Source of the DNA: Macrostomum lignano
Lineage: Eukaryota
DNA length: 64,000 nt
NCBI GenBank assembly: GCA_002269645.1
Contig: NIVC01002042.1
Coordinates: 1-64,000 of the forward strand
Reading direction: 5' to 3'
Shown here one piece after another: positions 1 through 13,260 of the stretch. Within the stretch, counting starts at the first letter, position 1, and every line of letters begins with the position of its first letter. Made by a program: the position numbers and the translations under genes. The notes under the pieces were generated by a model that was not told the origin of the DNA, did no database searches, and saw nothing but the letters and a program-made list of their open reading frames with translations.

Positions 1-70
1 GAGCGCCCTGCAAGAGTAGACAATCAGTGCGACCAGATTAGGCTCTGAGAATTCAACATACGGGAGCTAA

Positions 71-640
71 CAGAATGACTCCCACTAGCGGGGCATAGAG
101 AATGACTCACCACTAGCAGGGCATAGAGAATGACTCACCACTAGCAGGGCATAGATAATGACTCACCACTAGCAGGGCATAGAGGATGACTCACCACTAG
201 CAGGGCATAGAGAATGACTCACCACTAGCAGGGCATAGAGAATGACTCACCACTAGCAGGGCATAGAGAATGACTCACCACTAGCAGGGCATAGAGAATG
301 ACTCACCACTAGCAGGGCATAGAGGATGACTCACCACTAGCAGGCATAGAGAATGACTCACCACTAGCAGGGCATAGAGAATGACTCACCACTAGCAGGG
401 CATAGAGGATGACTCACCAATAGCAGGGCATAGAGGATGACTCACCACTAGCAGGGCATAGAGGATGACTCACCACTAGCAGGGCATAGAGAATGACTCA
501 CCACTAGCAGGGCATAGAGAATGACTCACCAATAGCAGGGCATAGAGGATGACTCACCACTAGCAGGGCATAGAGAATGACTCACCACTAGCAGGGCATA
601 GAGGATGACTCACCACTAGCAGGGCATAGAGGATGACACC
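71..640. repeat. 28-bp minisatellite, about 19 copies, made of the BRSK exon 6 end plus donor
   Basis: Unit GAG(A/G)ATGACTCACCACTAGCAGGGCATA. Confidence 0.95.
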
Positions 641-682
641 GGTGCTCCAGATGTCAGCTTTCCGACCGTCGTATTTTTCGCC
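614..682 (-). CDS. BRSK1/2 (sad-1): BRSK kinase exon 6 ([23 protein letters not shown]); gene continues beyond the window
   Basis: 69-nt phase 0 to 0 exon, acceptor tttaag|, donor |gtgagt; kinase subdomain IX. Confidence 0.93.
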
Positions 683-1780
683 CTTAAATAGTAAACGGGG
701 ATTGATAAAAAAGATCCTAAGTGCTCGTAAGTTTACGAGCTAAATAACGGGCATAAAAAGGGTGCACACACAGTTCCATGGCATGTACAACAGCAAGTAA
801 AGATTGGCAAGCTGTAATTTAATAGTACACACAAATTGGCTACCGAAGCTAGTTAGCTACTGTAATTGATGAGGCAAAACATTACAAAAAAGCGATATTC
901 TATGAAACATCTATATATGTACAGGGCTACAGGCATACAGAAATATTAGGGGAGTCAAACCACACTGGGCCGAGCTATAAATGAAGTGGGAGACATGGGA
1001 ATAATGTGCACACTGAGTATAAACTGGAGTGGGAAAGAAAGTTTGCGGATGGCCGGGAAATGCAATTAACTCTTGAACCATCGCTGGGAGTTAGAGAGGC
1101 TTCTCCGATTTTCTTCCCTTTCTTTTGCTACTCAAAGAGGACGAGAGATCCTTCTTGGAAAACTTTCAACTTCAGAATCTTCATCTCTGTTTCCTCAGCT
1201 GCCAGACTCTCCCTGCCTATAATATGTTACCAAACATCAAGCCCAGAGTCAGGGGTCCTCATAGGCCTTGCCTACTCGTTGAAATCAGGACCAGTTAGTC
1301 CCGCCTCCACTGTCCATGTCTAACAAGTTGAAAAAAAGTAAGAAAGAAGTACACTCAAGCTAGCATAGGGTTCTCTCCTGTTCTGCTATCCATCCATCTA
1401 TCTTTCTATTTTATGCCCTATCGAACTATACAGCACTAAATCTGTCCAGTTCATGTGTCAGTCTTAGATCTGCGTTGGTGAGGGCTTCACGGGCTAAGGC
1501 AAGGGAGGGGAGGAAGACTGGGGAAGAGAAGCGCTATAAGCTCTTGACTAGAGGCCGCCGCATCACGCAAGGAGCGTCTGTTGGCAGCCAAGAGTGGAAA
1601 TAAGTGTGGAGAGAGCCAGAATTTAAAAGGCCTCTCTGGCCATTTTCTGACCAGCCAAAACGACGCAGTTTGTGTTAAAATTATACCCAAATACTTCGTA
1701 CCTATTAGGGCGAATCTTGTCGAGTGAAATAACCAACTGACCCTTTTAGTATCAGTGGATAGTTCGAAACAGATGGATTG

Positions 1781-2245
1781 AATGGAGTGGATCTGGTCAA
1801 ATGTACATCGAAGTGGATGACGATGGAGTGTATCTGGTCAAATGTACATCGAAGTGGATGACGATGGGGTGGATCTGGTCAAATGAACATCAAGTGGATG
1901 ACGATGAAGTTAATCTGGTCAAATGTACATCGAAGTGGATGACGATGGAGTGATCTGGTCAAATGAACATCAAAGTGGATGACGATGAAGTTAATCTGGT
2001 CAAATGTACATCGAAGTGGATAACGATGAAGTGAATCTAGTCAAATGTACATCGGAAGTGGATGACGATGGAGTGGATCTAGTCAAATGTACATCGGAAG
2101 TGGATGACGATGGAGTGGATCTGGTCAAATGTACATCGAAGTGGATGACGATGGAGTGGATCTGGTCAAATGTACATCGAAGTGGATACGATGAGTGGAA
2201 TCTGGTCAAATGTACATCTAAGTGGATGACGATGGAGTGGATCTA
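1781..2245. repeat. about 41-bp minisatellite in BRSK intron 5
   Basis: Unit GATCTGGTCAAATGTACATCGAAGTGGATGACGATGGAGTG. Confidence 0.9.
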
Positions 2246-3724
2246 GTCGAGCATCTATCGATGCGGTTGTACATTTGTAAAACTTTTTTTAAGCATCATG
2301 TAAGTTAATTTCAGAGAGTTTAGTTCTTCTCAAACTATAAGTTCGCGAACAAAAGTGCGCAGGAACGAAGCCGGACAGAAATACTCGACGTCTTTGAGCC
2401 AGGGAGACTCCACGCAGCAGCAGAAAGGGATACGCTTGACTAATCAGATGCAAGATTCCATTATGGATGTCCGAGAGAGCGTTGTAGGCAGGCTCAAGGA
2501 AGGCGCAGAGCCGCGGCAGGGAAGAAGCCATCCAACCGATGGCGCTCACCGGGCGAGTGAATTTCAGCACGCTCAACTGAAGCTGGGCCCACACAGCCGG
2601 CCGTCCAGTTCAGAAACAAACGCTGCGGGGCGCCCACCAGAGCGGGGAGCGCGATGGTAAGTCGAATTTGGCGCAACGGCGCCACAACGACTCTAATTAA
2701 TCTATTCTGATCTAGGGAGGTCACAGCTGCGTAATTATGAATATTGCATTGGGGGATTAGCCGCTGGCTGGGGGAATTCGCTGATCCCATACATACATGG
2801 GATATGGGAATATATACCTATCCATATACGCAGGCGCTTATCTGTACAAATTTTGAAGGCCTGATCTAAATAATTCACTAATTTTTTACTCCAGCTGCCA
2901 GTATAATTGCATAATTACGAAGCGCTTTACCTCTTCGTCACGTTTCGGCCTCTATTTGTTTGCGTTGGATGAACGCAGTTTCTACCTAAATATGGGCTTA
3001 ACTGGTTTGCGGTGTGAATCAACTCAACCCTGCGTTTCATTTTTCTCTTATCTTTTAAACACTTTCTCATCTCCTACCCCCTATTCTCACTGTCATACCC
3101 TACCTTCTCATCTTCATGCCCTCCCTTCTCAACGTCATGTCCTCCCTTCTCAACGTCATGCCCTCCCTTCTCACCGTCATGCTTTGCTTTCCTCACAGTC
3201 ACAGCCATTCGCGCCATACCCTCTACACCCATTCCATTTTAAACTCTTCTGACTCTTAAAACCTCTCCAAGATTTCAGTAAAAGATGCGCAAGAAAAGTG
3301 TATAATAGTGTCTGCCCACTTTCAAGATCTGATTCTTTGCCCCGAGACATCTTTGACAAAGTCTTCTCCTATTTGTCTGTTCTGTTTTCTATTTCTCCAT
3401 GCGTTACACGCAGTAAAAATAACGTTTTCTTTTTTCATTGACAGCACGGCTTGTTGCCCCTCGCGTGGTACCACATCGTCAAACTGATAAGGATCATAAC
3501 AGCGACAGAAAACATAAATATCTGACAGACAACGCTTAAAGCGAAATTTCTGAAACACATACAAGGAAAGAGTATTTATATACTGTAGCTTTAAATTCAA
3601 TTACTTGTTAGAAGGAAAGCAGTAGCGTACGGAACTGAAGGGGTTTTAATTTTCTAAGAAACTGGTTGAAATGTATGAAGCGCTTTTCTGGGACAAAGTG
3701 ATTTTTTGAATCAGTAAATAAACT

Positions 3725-4180
3725 GTGAGTACATCGGGATAGAAAGGCATTGATTGGGGCTAGTCAGGATGTGAGTACATCAGGGTAAAAAGGCATTGAT
3801 TGGGGCTAGTCAGGGTGTGAGTACATCAGGGTAGAAAGGCATTGATTGGGGCTAGTCAGGATTTGAGTACATCGGGATAGAAGGGCATTGGTTGGGGCTA
3901 GTCAGGATGTGAGTACATCAGGGTAGAAAGGCATTGATTGGGGCTAGTCAGGGTGTAAGTACATCAGGGTAGAAAGGCATTGATTGGGGCTAGTCAGGAT
4001 GTGAGTACATCGGGGTAGAAAGGCATTGATTGGGGCTAGTCAGGATTTGAGTACATCGGGATAGAAGGGCATTGATTGGGGCTAGTCAGGATGTGAGTAC
4101 ATCAGGGTATTGATTGGGGCTAGTCAGGGTGTAAGTACATCGGGTAGAATATTGAGTGGGGCTAGTCAGGGTGTGAGTAC
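3725..4180. repeat. about 46-bp minisatellite in BRSK intron 5
   Basis: Unit GTGAGTACATCAGGGTAGAAAGGCATTGATTGGGGCTAGTCAGG(A/G)T. Confidence 0.9.
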
Positions 4181-6876
4181 ATCGAGGCAGAAGAGGTTTT
4201 GTTGTGCTAAACAGGATGAGTGCAATAATATCCGGGACACAGTGATATTGGTCATCAGACGAGTAGAGTATATTAGAGCACGTTAAATAAGGACTGAGCT
4301 AGCATAGAGTATCAAGGAAAACAAGTAGGAAGACATACTGGCGCTTCTGATACAAAAAATTTATCGGAAAGTTATTAAAAGTATATAAATTAGTCGAATT
4401 CAGCTACAGTTGCAAAATACCTATGGAACGTGAACTCCTGCACAGTATTCACTTTCTTTCTCAGAAAATAACTCGGCAGTTGCTGCTACACCTGCCTTTA
4501 TACTGTCTAGTTTTCTTTCTAAGAAAAGCTACATCACATCGAAGGGAGCCTCGATCGATATCTACGGAGCCAGTGAGATGGCGGAGATGGAGAAGGAGGT
4601 CCCGAGTCGCATATTTTATATTTTAGATCCCGGAGATTTTGGGAGAGAAAATAGGCACTGGCACAGCCCGAGGGTGGTGGCGTGAGAGTTGCGGCGCCAA
4701 TTTCGATCGATTGGGGCACAGAGAGCGGTCTGCTGATCAGGAAGGGGAATTGAAGCGGAACTGCTAATTAATTTGTGTGGCCAAAGTGGCCTGCCAAATT
4801 TGGGTAAAGGAGGCTAGAGAGAGGAAGGAAAGAAGAAAAGCGGAGCATGGAAGCTGGAGAGTTTGCGGGTCAGATTCTTTGAATCTATTTGTCCACTTTT
4901 ATCTGCTCGGCTGACTATTTTGCACAATAAGTCAAGTCCTTCGCCAATCTGTAGAAAATAAAATATGATTTTATGAGTATCAATTATAGTAGAAGGACTC
5001 TGATGAGGCTATTTTTCATCTGACACCATTGAGTCCCTCCTGATTGTTAGCAATTGTGAGCGATAAGCCATCGTCTATCGCCAATTGTACATTTCTGGAC
5101 GCTCGTCCTGAGTTAAGCTACTGAAGTGATGCAGCGAATCAGGAAGCTGAGGACACCATAGAGGGTCAAATTGGTGGATTAATTAACTAAAACAACTATT
5201 TCGGGTGACTAGCTGAGAGGTACATACTAGTAGTATGTGAATTCGATTTATTAATTGGAGGGTTCGCGAACGGAAACTAGCCCGTAGCATGTCGCGCGAT
5301 CACGCTCCACGATGACAAGACCTGAGACTGACCCTACCTAACCCTTATCCAAACCATATCCTAACCCTAACAAAAAGCACCCTGCGACTGACTAACAAAT
5401 AAGCTACTAAAAATAATGCGTCCAAACCTACTAAAGTACATAAAGTACATCGTTAACAGCTCTGTTTTAAGAGCTTGATTTTAGACAGAGTGTTCCCGCA
5501 GCACTTGGCCTGCATTAGACGATATCACTAATAGCTGGTCAGTAGTGCTTTTCGTGCCCATAAACTGCCATGCACCGACTTCGGGATGCGAATCGGGTAG
5601 GGGGGGGGGGGGCCCTCCGGCTCACTCAATCAGCTATAGAACTTTACCAGAGAGAAAGAACAGGATAGTTAGGGAAAATACTGCCAGCAAAGTCTGTGTC
5701 ATGAAATCCCTCCCAATTTTTTAGAGCAACTCCGGACATCCCCTCGGCGGCTGCTGCCCTCCAATCGCGGGTGGTGTCTACTTCCTGCACACAAGCGCGC
5801 GGACACGGCGAGGGAGACTGTTCAGTCCGCAGATGCATTCGGCTCGGATAGAAAATGCTCGCATGAGTATGAAATATGTCTCCACTCTTTTTCTCGTCTC
5901 TTCCGCTCTGGGCAGAGAGCGACTCTCGATGCCGGCTGCTACAGAATAAGCTCAAGCTCGAAGCTTATCCAGCTCTGGCAGCCGAGAGTGGACTGCGATC
6001 GGCGAGAGGAATGCACTTTAATGCACACTTTCCATCTGCAACCTCCTGCTGCCTAAGGGACCTGTACAACAAGCTTGATTTTGACCTCTTATTTTAAAAA
6101 GCCAAACATATTGTTATATATGCAATCATATCAACAAGTTCACGCCTTAAAGACAATATCGATAGTTTCTGCAAGCAGGGGCCTACCCCTACAGCCTCCT
6201 CTAACGGATAATCGTGAGCCTTATTACGAGGTAGAGCAGTTTCTAGCTTGGGAAATGTTAGGTTACTATAAATAAACTTTGAAAGACTTAGTGTACGCAA
6301 TGAACCGCTAAGTTTAGCTATATAGAAGCTAGTTGAGTCTGTTTATCTCCCCTGAAGAGAGTTAGTTATGCATATCAGAAAAGAGGTAGTCCAATCAACG
6401 GAAAACTGAAAGGACTTGCGGACTAGCGGACCGGCAACGCGCCTAAGTCTCGTGCCAAAGTAACCGGATTCGATTCCACGCGTGGCCACATTAATTTGGA
6501 AATTGTTCACATCCTGCGTACGTAGGAGCGTATCAGTGTGCGTGTGCGAGCTTAGGGAAATGAACATATGTCTCCTCTCTGTGGCTTCAATTGACTTTGG
6601 CGTTGACAAAAAGCGTCGCTCTGTGACTCACTGACCCAACCAAGCGCTGGCTTTTAAGCGACAACACGCAGACAGGGCGCATGCTAACAACAACGAAAGG
6701 TACATGTAGGCACACATGTAGGCCTCTAGAATCTCTTCAAATAACAGTAGTAAGTGAACAAAACAGACACGACAAAAATAATCTAATAGGTGGAGAAATA
6801 ATGAGTGTGTAATCTATTGTTTGAGACGAGGCTGCATGATACAAATGAATTATTATTATTATTTGCATATTTTTAC

Positions 6877-6910
6877 CCGAATCACTTCTGGGCAGGCGTA
6901 GTGCGGCGAG
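6877..6910 (-). CDS. BRSK1/2 (sad-1): BRSK kinase exon 5 (SPHYACPEVIR)
   Basis: 34-nt exon, acceptor ttgcag|, donor |gtaaaa; BRSK-type CPE motif; phases fit neighbours. Confidence 0.93.
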
Positions 6911-7027
6911 CTGCAAGAGTTTGCAATTCGTACATGATACAGACATCCTCATATCCTCATCCTCAGAGCACAGCTGAACAGGCCAAAATATCACGAAAAA
7001 CAGACTTAAATTCACCAATGCAGCAAA

Positions 7028-7567
7028 GAACACACCTCTGAGAACAGATCCAACTCATCAGATGCATGACGGAACACACCTCTGAGAACAGACCCAACTC
7101 ATGCATCACAGAACACACCTCTGAGAACAGACCCAACTCATGCATCACAGAACACACCTCTGAGAACAGACCCACTCATCAGATGCATCACAGAACACAT
7201 CTCTGAGAACAGACCCAACTCATCAGATGCATCACAGAACACATCTCTGAGAACAGACCCAACTCATCAGAGGTTTCACAAAACACATCTCTGAGAACAG
7301 ACCCAACTCATCAGATTTTTCATAGAACACACCTCTGAGAACAGATCCAACTCATCAGATGCATCACGGAACATACCTCTGAGAACAGACCCAACTCATC
7401 AGATGCATCACAGAACACATCTCTGAGAACAGACCCAACTCATCAGAGGTTTCACAAAACACATCTCTGAGAACAGACCCACTCATCAGATGCATCACAG
7501 AACACATCTCTGAGAACAGACCCAACTCATCAGATGCATCACAGAACACATCTCTGAGAACAGACCC
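7028..7567. repeat. about 44-bp minisatellite filling BRSK intron 4
   Basis: Unit GAACACACCTCTGAGAACAGACCCAACTCATCAGATGCATCACA. Confidence 0.92.
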
Positions 7568-7647
7568 TTGAACTGAAAGCAATGATAGTTGCATTGGCCA
7601 TCTGTGAGGAATATCAACAGCATCAAAAGAAGCTCGAGATGACTCAC

Positions 7648-7764
7648 CCGCAACTGGTCTCCAACATTGAGCCCTCCGGTTGCAGCGAAGCCATGCCAAA
7701 ATCCGCCACCCGGATGTTGTGCTTCTCGTCCAATAGTAGATTCTCCGGCTTCAGATCGCGATGG
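7648..7764 (-). CDS. BRSK1/2 (sad-1): BRSK kinase exon 4 ([39 protein letters not shown])
   Basis: HRD catalytic loop, DFG and activation-loop TSCG; acceptor catag|, donor |gtgagt; 117 nt. Confidence 0.96.
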
Positions 7765-8721
7765 CTATGGTAAAACGGGTCAGACATGTAAAATGTAACA
7801 TTGGGTCATCCGCCTCGATCTTGATTGCCCCTTCTCCCTTTCCCTGCCGATGCAAGCAATGCGTGCCCACCCAGCTGCGCCAGCTTGCGGCCTACAGCGA
7901 GATAAAAACGAATATCCATGTAGAAGGCAGTGGAAAGAGCAAAAATGCACTACGCTTGTACTACGAGCGTAGAAGTCAGCAATGGAAACCCATTTCTAAA
8001 GTGAACTCCCAGGTCAATCAGATTTCAACTTGGCTTTCCCTTCTTTCTTACTACTTTCCTTCTTCCACACCGCCTCTCTCTCTCTCATCAGCTCTGATTT
8101 ATCCCATTGACTTTTTATCGCGCTTACACCGAAAAGAGAACCAGATAGAGAGATAGAATGAGGAAAGGGAAGGAGAGACAGAGCTCGCACCGCTGATTTT
8201 CTCTATTACATCTCGGCTGGTCGTCCGGGTTCCCTGCTCCTGCCCATCGCCCAGCTCCCAACCCCTAATTTCCTTTCTAAGCATCTCTAAAGCCCCTTTC
8301 CCAGCTTCATCCTTCTCCTCATCCCTCTGAGCCTTTCGCTTTCCTTTGCCTCCCCCCCCTCGACCGACCCCTCCCACCCCATTTCCAACAAGCCAGTCCG
8401 GCAAGTTTTAGCTGCCACTCCAGTTGAGCAACTCTAAACCAATTCTGCATCTGCGATTCGAATACACTAGTATATTCGAATAATATAACTATATATATAC
8501 TTTGCATACACTAGACAGCATAGTAGCTCGTAAGTATAGTAAGCAGGCAGACAGAAATTCGATGCAAAACAACTCAGACTCTATGCTAGCGTTTTTTATT
8601 TGCTGACTTGCACAATTGAACTTATCGAAACTGAATTTATCAACTAATGTAGCTTTATGCTTAGTCGGGGGATATACAAATTGTGAAAAAAGCATCATTT
8701 CATTTCCAACAAAGAGCCTCA

Positions 8722-8931
<210 letters not shown>

Positions 8932-9290
8932 CTACTACAGGGGTCGGCAAGCCTTTTTAATCTAAGGGCCTTGCTAATGAAAAGAGAAATAAGTCACAGA
9001 AATAAGTTTGCGAAACCTGAGCTACTATATTGTCGGCTGATTTTCCATGCAGGAATGGCATTCTTGCACTCTTTTGCGTGCAGGAATGGATGTCTATGGT
9101 AAAATCTCACTGAAAAAGCATTAGCGCAGAAATGCATTTCTGCACTGTTTTGTGCATCCCTGCACGATGAATAATCCGACAATGGGATTCCTTCACGTTC
9201 ACTCGTGCGTGAAGGACATCGTGAAATCGTGCGCTAGCGCGCACTCGTGCAGATGTCATTCCCGCACTCGTGACCGTGCAGGAATCATTC

Positions 9291-9899
9291 AGTACCGTCG
9301 CCCCAGTTTCCGGCAGACCCCTGAGCTACTATAGTACCGTCGCCTCAGTTTCCGGCAGACCCCTGAGCTACTATAGTACCGTCGCCTCAGTTTCCGGCAG
9401 ACCCCTGAGCTACTATAGTACCGTCGCCTCAGTTTCCGGCAGACCCCTGAGCTACTATAGTACCGTCGCCTCAGTTTCCGGCAGACCCCTGAGCTACTAT
9501 AGTACCGTCGCCTCAGTTTCCGGCAGACCCCTGAGCTACTATAGTACCGTCGCCTCAGTTTCCGGCAGACCCCTGAGCTACTATCGTACCGTCGCCTCAG
9601 TTTCCGGCAGACCCCTGAGCTACTATAGTACCGTCGCCTCAGTTTCCGGCAGACCCCTGAGCTACTATAGTACCGTCGCCTCAGTTTCCGGCAGACCCCT
9701 GAGCTACTATAGTACCGTCGCCTCAGTTTCCGGCAGACCCCTGAGCTACTATAGTACCGTCGCCTCAGTTTCCGGCAGACCCCTGAGCTACTATAGTACC
9801 GTCGCCTCAGTTTCCGGCAGACCCCTGAGCTACTATAGTACCGTCGCCTCAGTTTCCGGCAGACCCCTGAGCTACTATAGTACCGTCGCCCCAGTTTCC
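9291..9899. repeat. 42-bp minisatellite, about 14 near-identical copies, BRSK intron 2
   Basis: Unit AGTACCGTCGCCTCAGTTTCCGGCAGACCCCTGAGCTACTAT. Confidence 0.95.
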
Positions 9900-10428
9900 G
9901 ATTGTCTCTTGTTTCTGTTTGTTAAAAGTCCAGAAGGAGCTAATATTCATTGCAGGGAGTAGCTCAGGGCCAACTTCAACTATTTCAGAGCTACTGATTC
10001 TGGACTGCATGCAAGTTTGCGGGCACCAGACGCCTACTAAAACAAAATAATATAAAAGTACACTAAAGCAATTTGTGAATTTTCCCATCGCGCGAAATAT
10101 TGCCGAATCCTAGGAGAATAGATTGCTATATAATTAGCTAATTATTGCAAATAGTTTACAGGGATTTGGGGCGCACCTGCCGCTTCAAACAGCAGCAGTT
10201 CAGGGCGCTAACACACCTTTTCTGCAGTTGGCCAAATTGGCGGGAGCCGCTGAATACGCGCAGCCCCTGAAATCTGATGAAAGCGCCGCGAAAATTGCAA
10301 AGGCAAAAAAGGGGTCCAGGGCATGGAGCTCTAAACATAGCTGTCTAGAATGGAAACTGCTTGAAAGAGAAATTTGTGTCTGCAATCCATTGAACTCGCG
10401 TGTAATCTTTGATACACAGGTGAACCTA

Positions 10429-10842
10429 CCAGGACCACTGTAGTATAACAAGACGGAAAACTCAAAGATCGTGCAATTTTTTAGGAAGCCACGATTTCCT
10501 GGAAAAAATACACTGCAGAGATAGGAAAAAAATAATTTTCATTACAAAATCAATGACTGCATTTGATCTTGGGCAGTGAAGATTCTCATTTATTTAATTT
10601 AGCATACAGGTACTCTTAGCCTTAAGCTAGGTCTTTGTTTAAAAATGGATAACTTTCAAAAGACAACAGAGTATGAATAATGATATTGGTAAACATTGTC
10701 TACATTCAATCATTTATCATTGATCTGGTGATTAAAAATGACTGTTTCCTATCTCCGCAGTGTATTTTTTCCATAAATTGGTCTCCTAAAAAGTACAAGA
10801 TTTTTTAGTTTCACGTCCTGTTATACTAACAGTGGTCCTTGG
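10429..10842. mobile_element. Tc1/mariner-type MITE
   Basis: Long imperfect TIRs (CCAGGACCACTGTAGTATAACAAGACG… / …CGTCCTGTTATACTAACAGTGGTCCTTGG) flanked by TA on both sides. Confidence 0.75.
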
Positions 10843-12009
10843 TACCGTAGTCATTGTAACCACTCTAAGTTTCAATTCCAGATGCCCTATTTAGAAATCC
10901 ATGAACTGTGAGGGCAAAGGGGTGGTTGCTTATCCCAGGTTGAACACAGGTGCAAGCTGATTCGCGATGGGGCTTTCGCAGCTGCAAACTGCGAGGCGGG
11001 AGGAGAGGGGAAGAGGGCGGGAAAGGGAGGTTGCGGCCTTCTGGCAAAGGCGTCAGCAGCAGCAGCAGCATCATCATCTCTGTTGCAGAGCCTCCCTGCC
11101 GATGGGCACATACAGGTATTTTTGAACGTTATCTGTATATTATGATGGGAAAGAAGAAATAATAGTCCGGGAGGGAAACACCCACGCATACTTTCTCTGC
11201 ATCACTCCAGGCTGCACTGGGAGGCAGGCTGACTCAAATTTGAGACATGCAGACGGCTAATCAACCGCTGCACGGAGGCCTATTTCGGTTGTCCTTGAAC
11301 GGGGCCTGCTGCATCGGCTCGGCTATTGCCTTGCAAAAGCACACACTAAGCTGTTTCAAACCGTTATATAACCGTAAATTAGCTGTGAAAATAGCTTGGC
11401 CAGTTCTTGTTGCTTCACAGTTCAAGTGACTGACGCTTTGTGTGGATAATGGCGCACTAAATTTGGAAACGGTTGGAAAATGGCTAAAGAAAATAACAGG
11501 CCTGGACTTATTGCAAGCCCCAACGGTGTGTAATTGACGCTTCGTTAAAAAGTGCATTTCAATTCAACCCTGACTGAGCGTGAAGACAGGTCAACGATGC
11601 CCAGGTGTGTCGCAGGCCGCGCACGGCAGTCGCCCTGCCAAACAAACCTGAAGAAAACTGCTTGAAGAAAAACTTTTTAAGACGATAAGTTGAGCTGCTA
11701 ATTCTGCTGGGATTAGTCGGGAATTGAAGGCCTCTAAGTTTTCGACTTAATTAGTACACGATGCAAATGCAAGGTAACACAAGCCAGTGTAGCTCTAATA
11801 CGGAAAGAACTACAATGACTATTTCTCCCTAAGGCCTTGCTGTCTCATTAAGCAAACATGGGTGACCAATGTTCCATGAAAATGTTGAGTTTTTGTTCAA
11901 TGACTTTTGAGCATGCTTTTCGATGTTGCTGGTTAATGAGCTAACTCATTGGCAACTGCATAAACCTCAAAATTACATAATCCAATAGCACCAAAACAGG
12001 AGCACTTAC

Positions 12010-12190
12010 AGAAACTTTTTATTATCATAAACATCGAACAGGCCGAGAACATTTGGGTGCTCGATCAGCTTCATGATGGCGATCTCGCGTTCAACTTTCT
12101 GCAGCACGCTTTCAGAGAGCTTCTCTCGGTTCACAATCTTGATGGCCACCTTTCTGTTGGTGATGCAGTGAACTCCCAGCTTCACCAGAC
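12010..12190 (-). CDS. BRSK1/2 (sad-1): BRSK kinase exon 2 ([61 protein letters not shown])
   Basis: Manual translation; acceptor tacag|, donor |gtaagt; 181 nt with phases 1 to 2; VAIK lysine and alphaC ERE motif. Confidence 0.95.
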
Positions 12191-13124
12191 CTGTATTGGC
12201 GATTCAAAATGCAAAATGCCTTTCTTCTTGCAATTACTCGCAATTATTTCAACTCAAAGATTATTTAAAACTTCAGGATACTTTTTCGCTAATTTTATTT
12301 ATAAATTATGTGTGAGCTAATTTAGAGGCCAATTATGATTTTTGAATTAATTTTATGTGGTATTTTGCCAATGAAAAATTGCAGAATACTATTATTAAGA
12401 TAGCAATTGGTGGCTTTGTACCAAAAAGTACATTTCATATTTAACATTTGACAGTTTTTATATTTCCCCATTATTGGAAATTTCAAGGGGAATTTCCTTC
12501 TTCCTTGTTTTTCAGACTTTTTAAGTAAATATCTAAGTTTTCGACTTAATTTACAATAAATCATAATTTGCTATCATTTTTATATGTGCAGCAATTGTTT
12601 ATCAAAACCACATGGCTTTAAACAAACAAGAACGTACTTTGGATCTTTTTACTTTTGACTTGAAAAGATAAAAAGTTTTATTCCATTAAAAGCAGCCAGA
12701 GTGCTAAAAATGACAAAATTGTCATACTTAGGAGTTAAGTTAAAATTTTACTTTAAAATTAGTTTAAGTGTCTAATCAGCTCCTAATGTGTTATAAAAAA
12801 TCAATGCACAAAGCATAAAAATTGAAGTAGTATTTGTAGAAACATAATAGGAGCTTGCTTTAGTAAGACATTTTAATGGCCCGAGCATATGATGTATTAG
12901 AATATTTAGGATCTTTTAAGTTTTATCTTAACAAAGTCTTTTAATAAATATACTTTGATTATTAGAATAAACTTTTACACATCGAAAATGATTTAAAACA
13001 TCGGCATAAAGTAAAAACAGCCGCGACTTAGAAAAGGTCACAAATATTTCTAGAGGTATAATTTTTAGTATATTGGATATATTCTTTAGACTTTTATATT
13101 TACACAAGAATGCTTTTCTGTTAC

Positions 13125-13260
13125 CTGTTTGTCCTTTTCCTAGCGTCTTTTCCAATCTATACGGTCCAATATATTGCTCCTCTTTTGGTGTATGATTCGA
13201 AACCATTTTATTGTTAGCATTTTTTCTATTAGAATTATTATTATTGATATTATCTTTCAT
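13125..13260 (-). CDS. BRSK1/2 (sad-1): BRSK/SAD-1 Ser/Thr kinase, coding exon 1 (MKDN...QYIGPYRLEKTLGKGQT-G)
   Basis: YIGPYRLEKTLGKGQTG is the BRSK kinase N-terminus; ends at G|gtaac donor (phase 1), which joins exon 2 to give GGT. Confidence 0.92.

Noticed and set aside
614-682. Thr in place of the usual Cys in DxWS(C)GV of BRSK
   Set aside because: This position varies across AMPK-related kinases; the catalytic motifs, T-loop TSCG and CPE are intact.
3322-3600. PHD-finger-like VFCRCYDPY fragment
   Set aside because: The remaining Cys/His ligands are absent.
3725-4180. Donor-like GTGAGT/GTAAGT in each 46-bp unit as a real exon junction
   Set aside because: Antisense to BRSK and no plus-strand exon found upstream; kept only as supporting context.
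9270-9962. 230-aa ORF of repeated YYSTVASVSGRPLS
   Set aside because: Translation of a 42-bp minisatellite, antisense within BRSK intron 2; no unique coding sequence.
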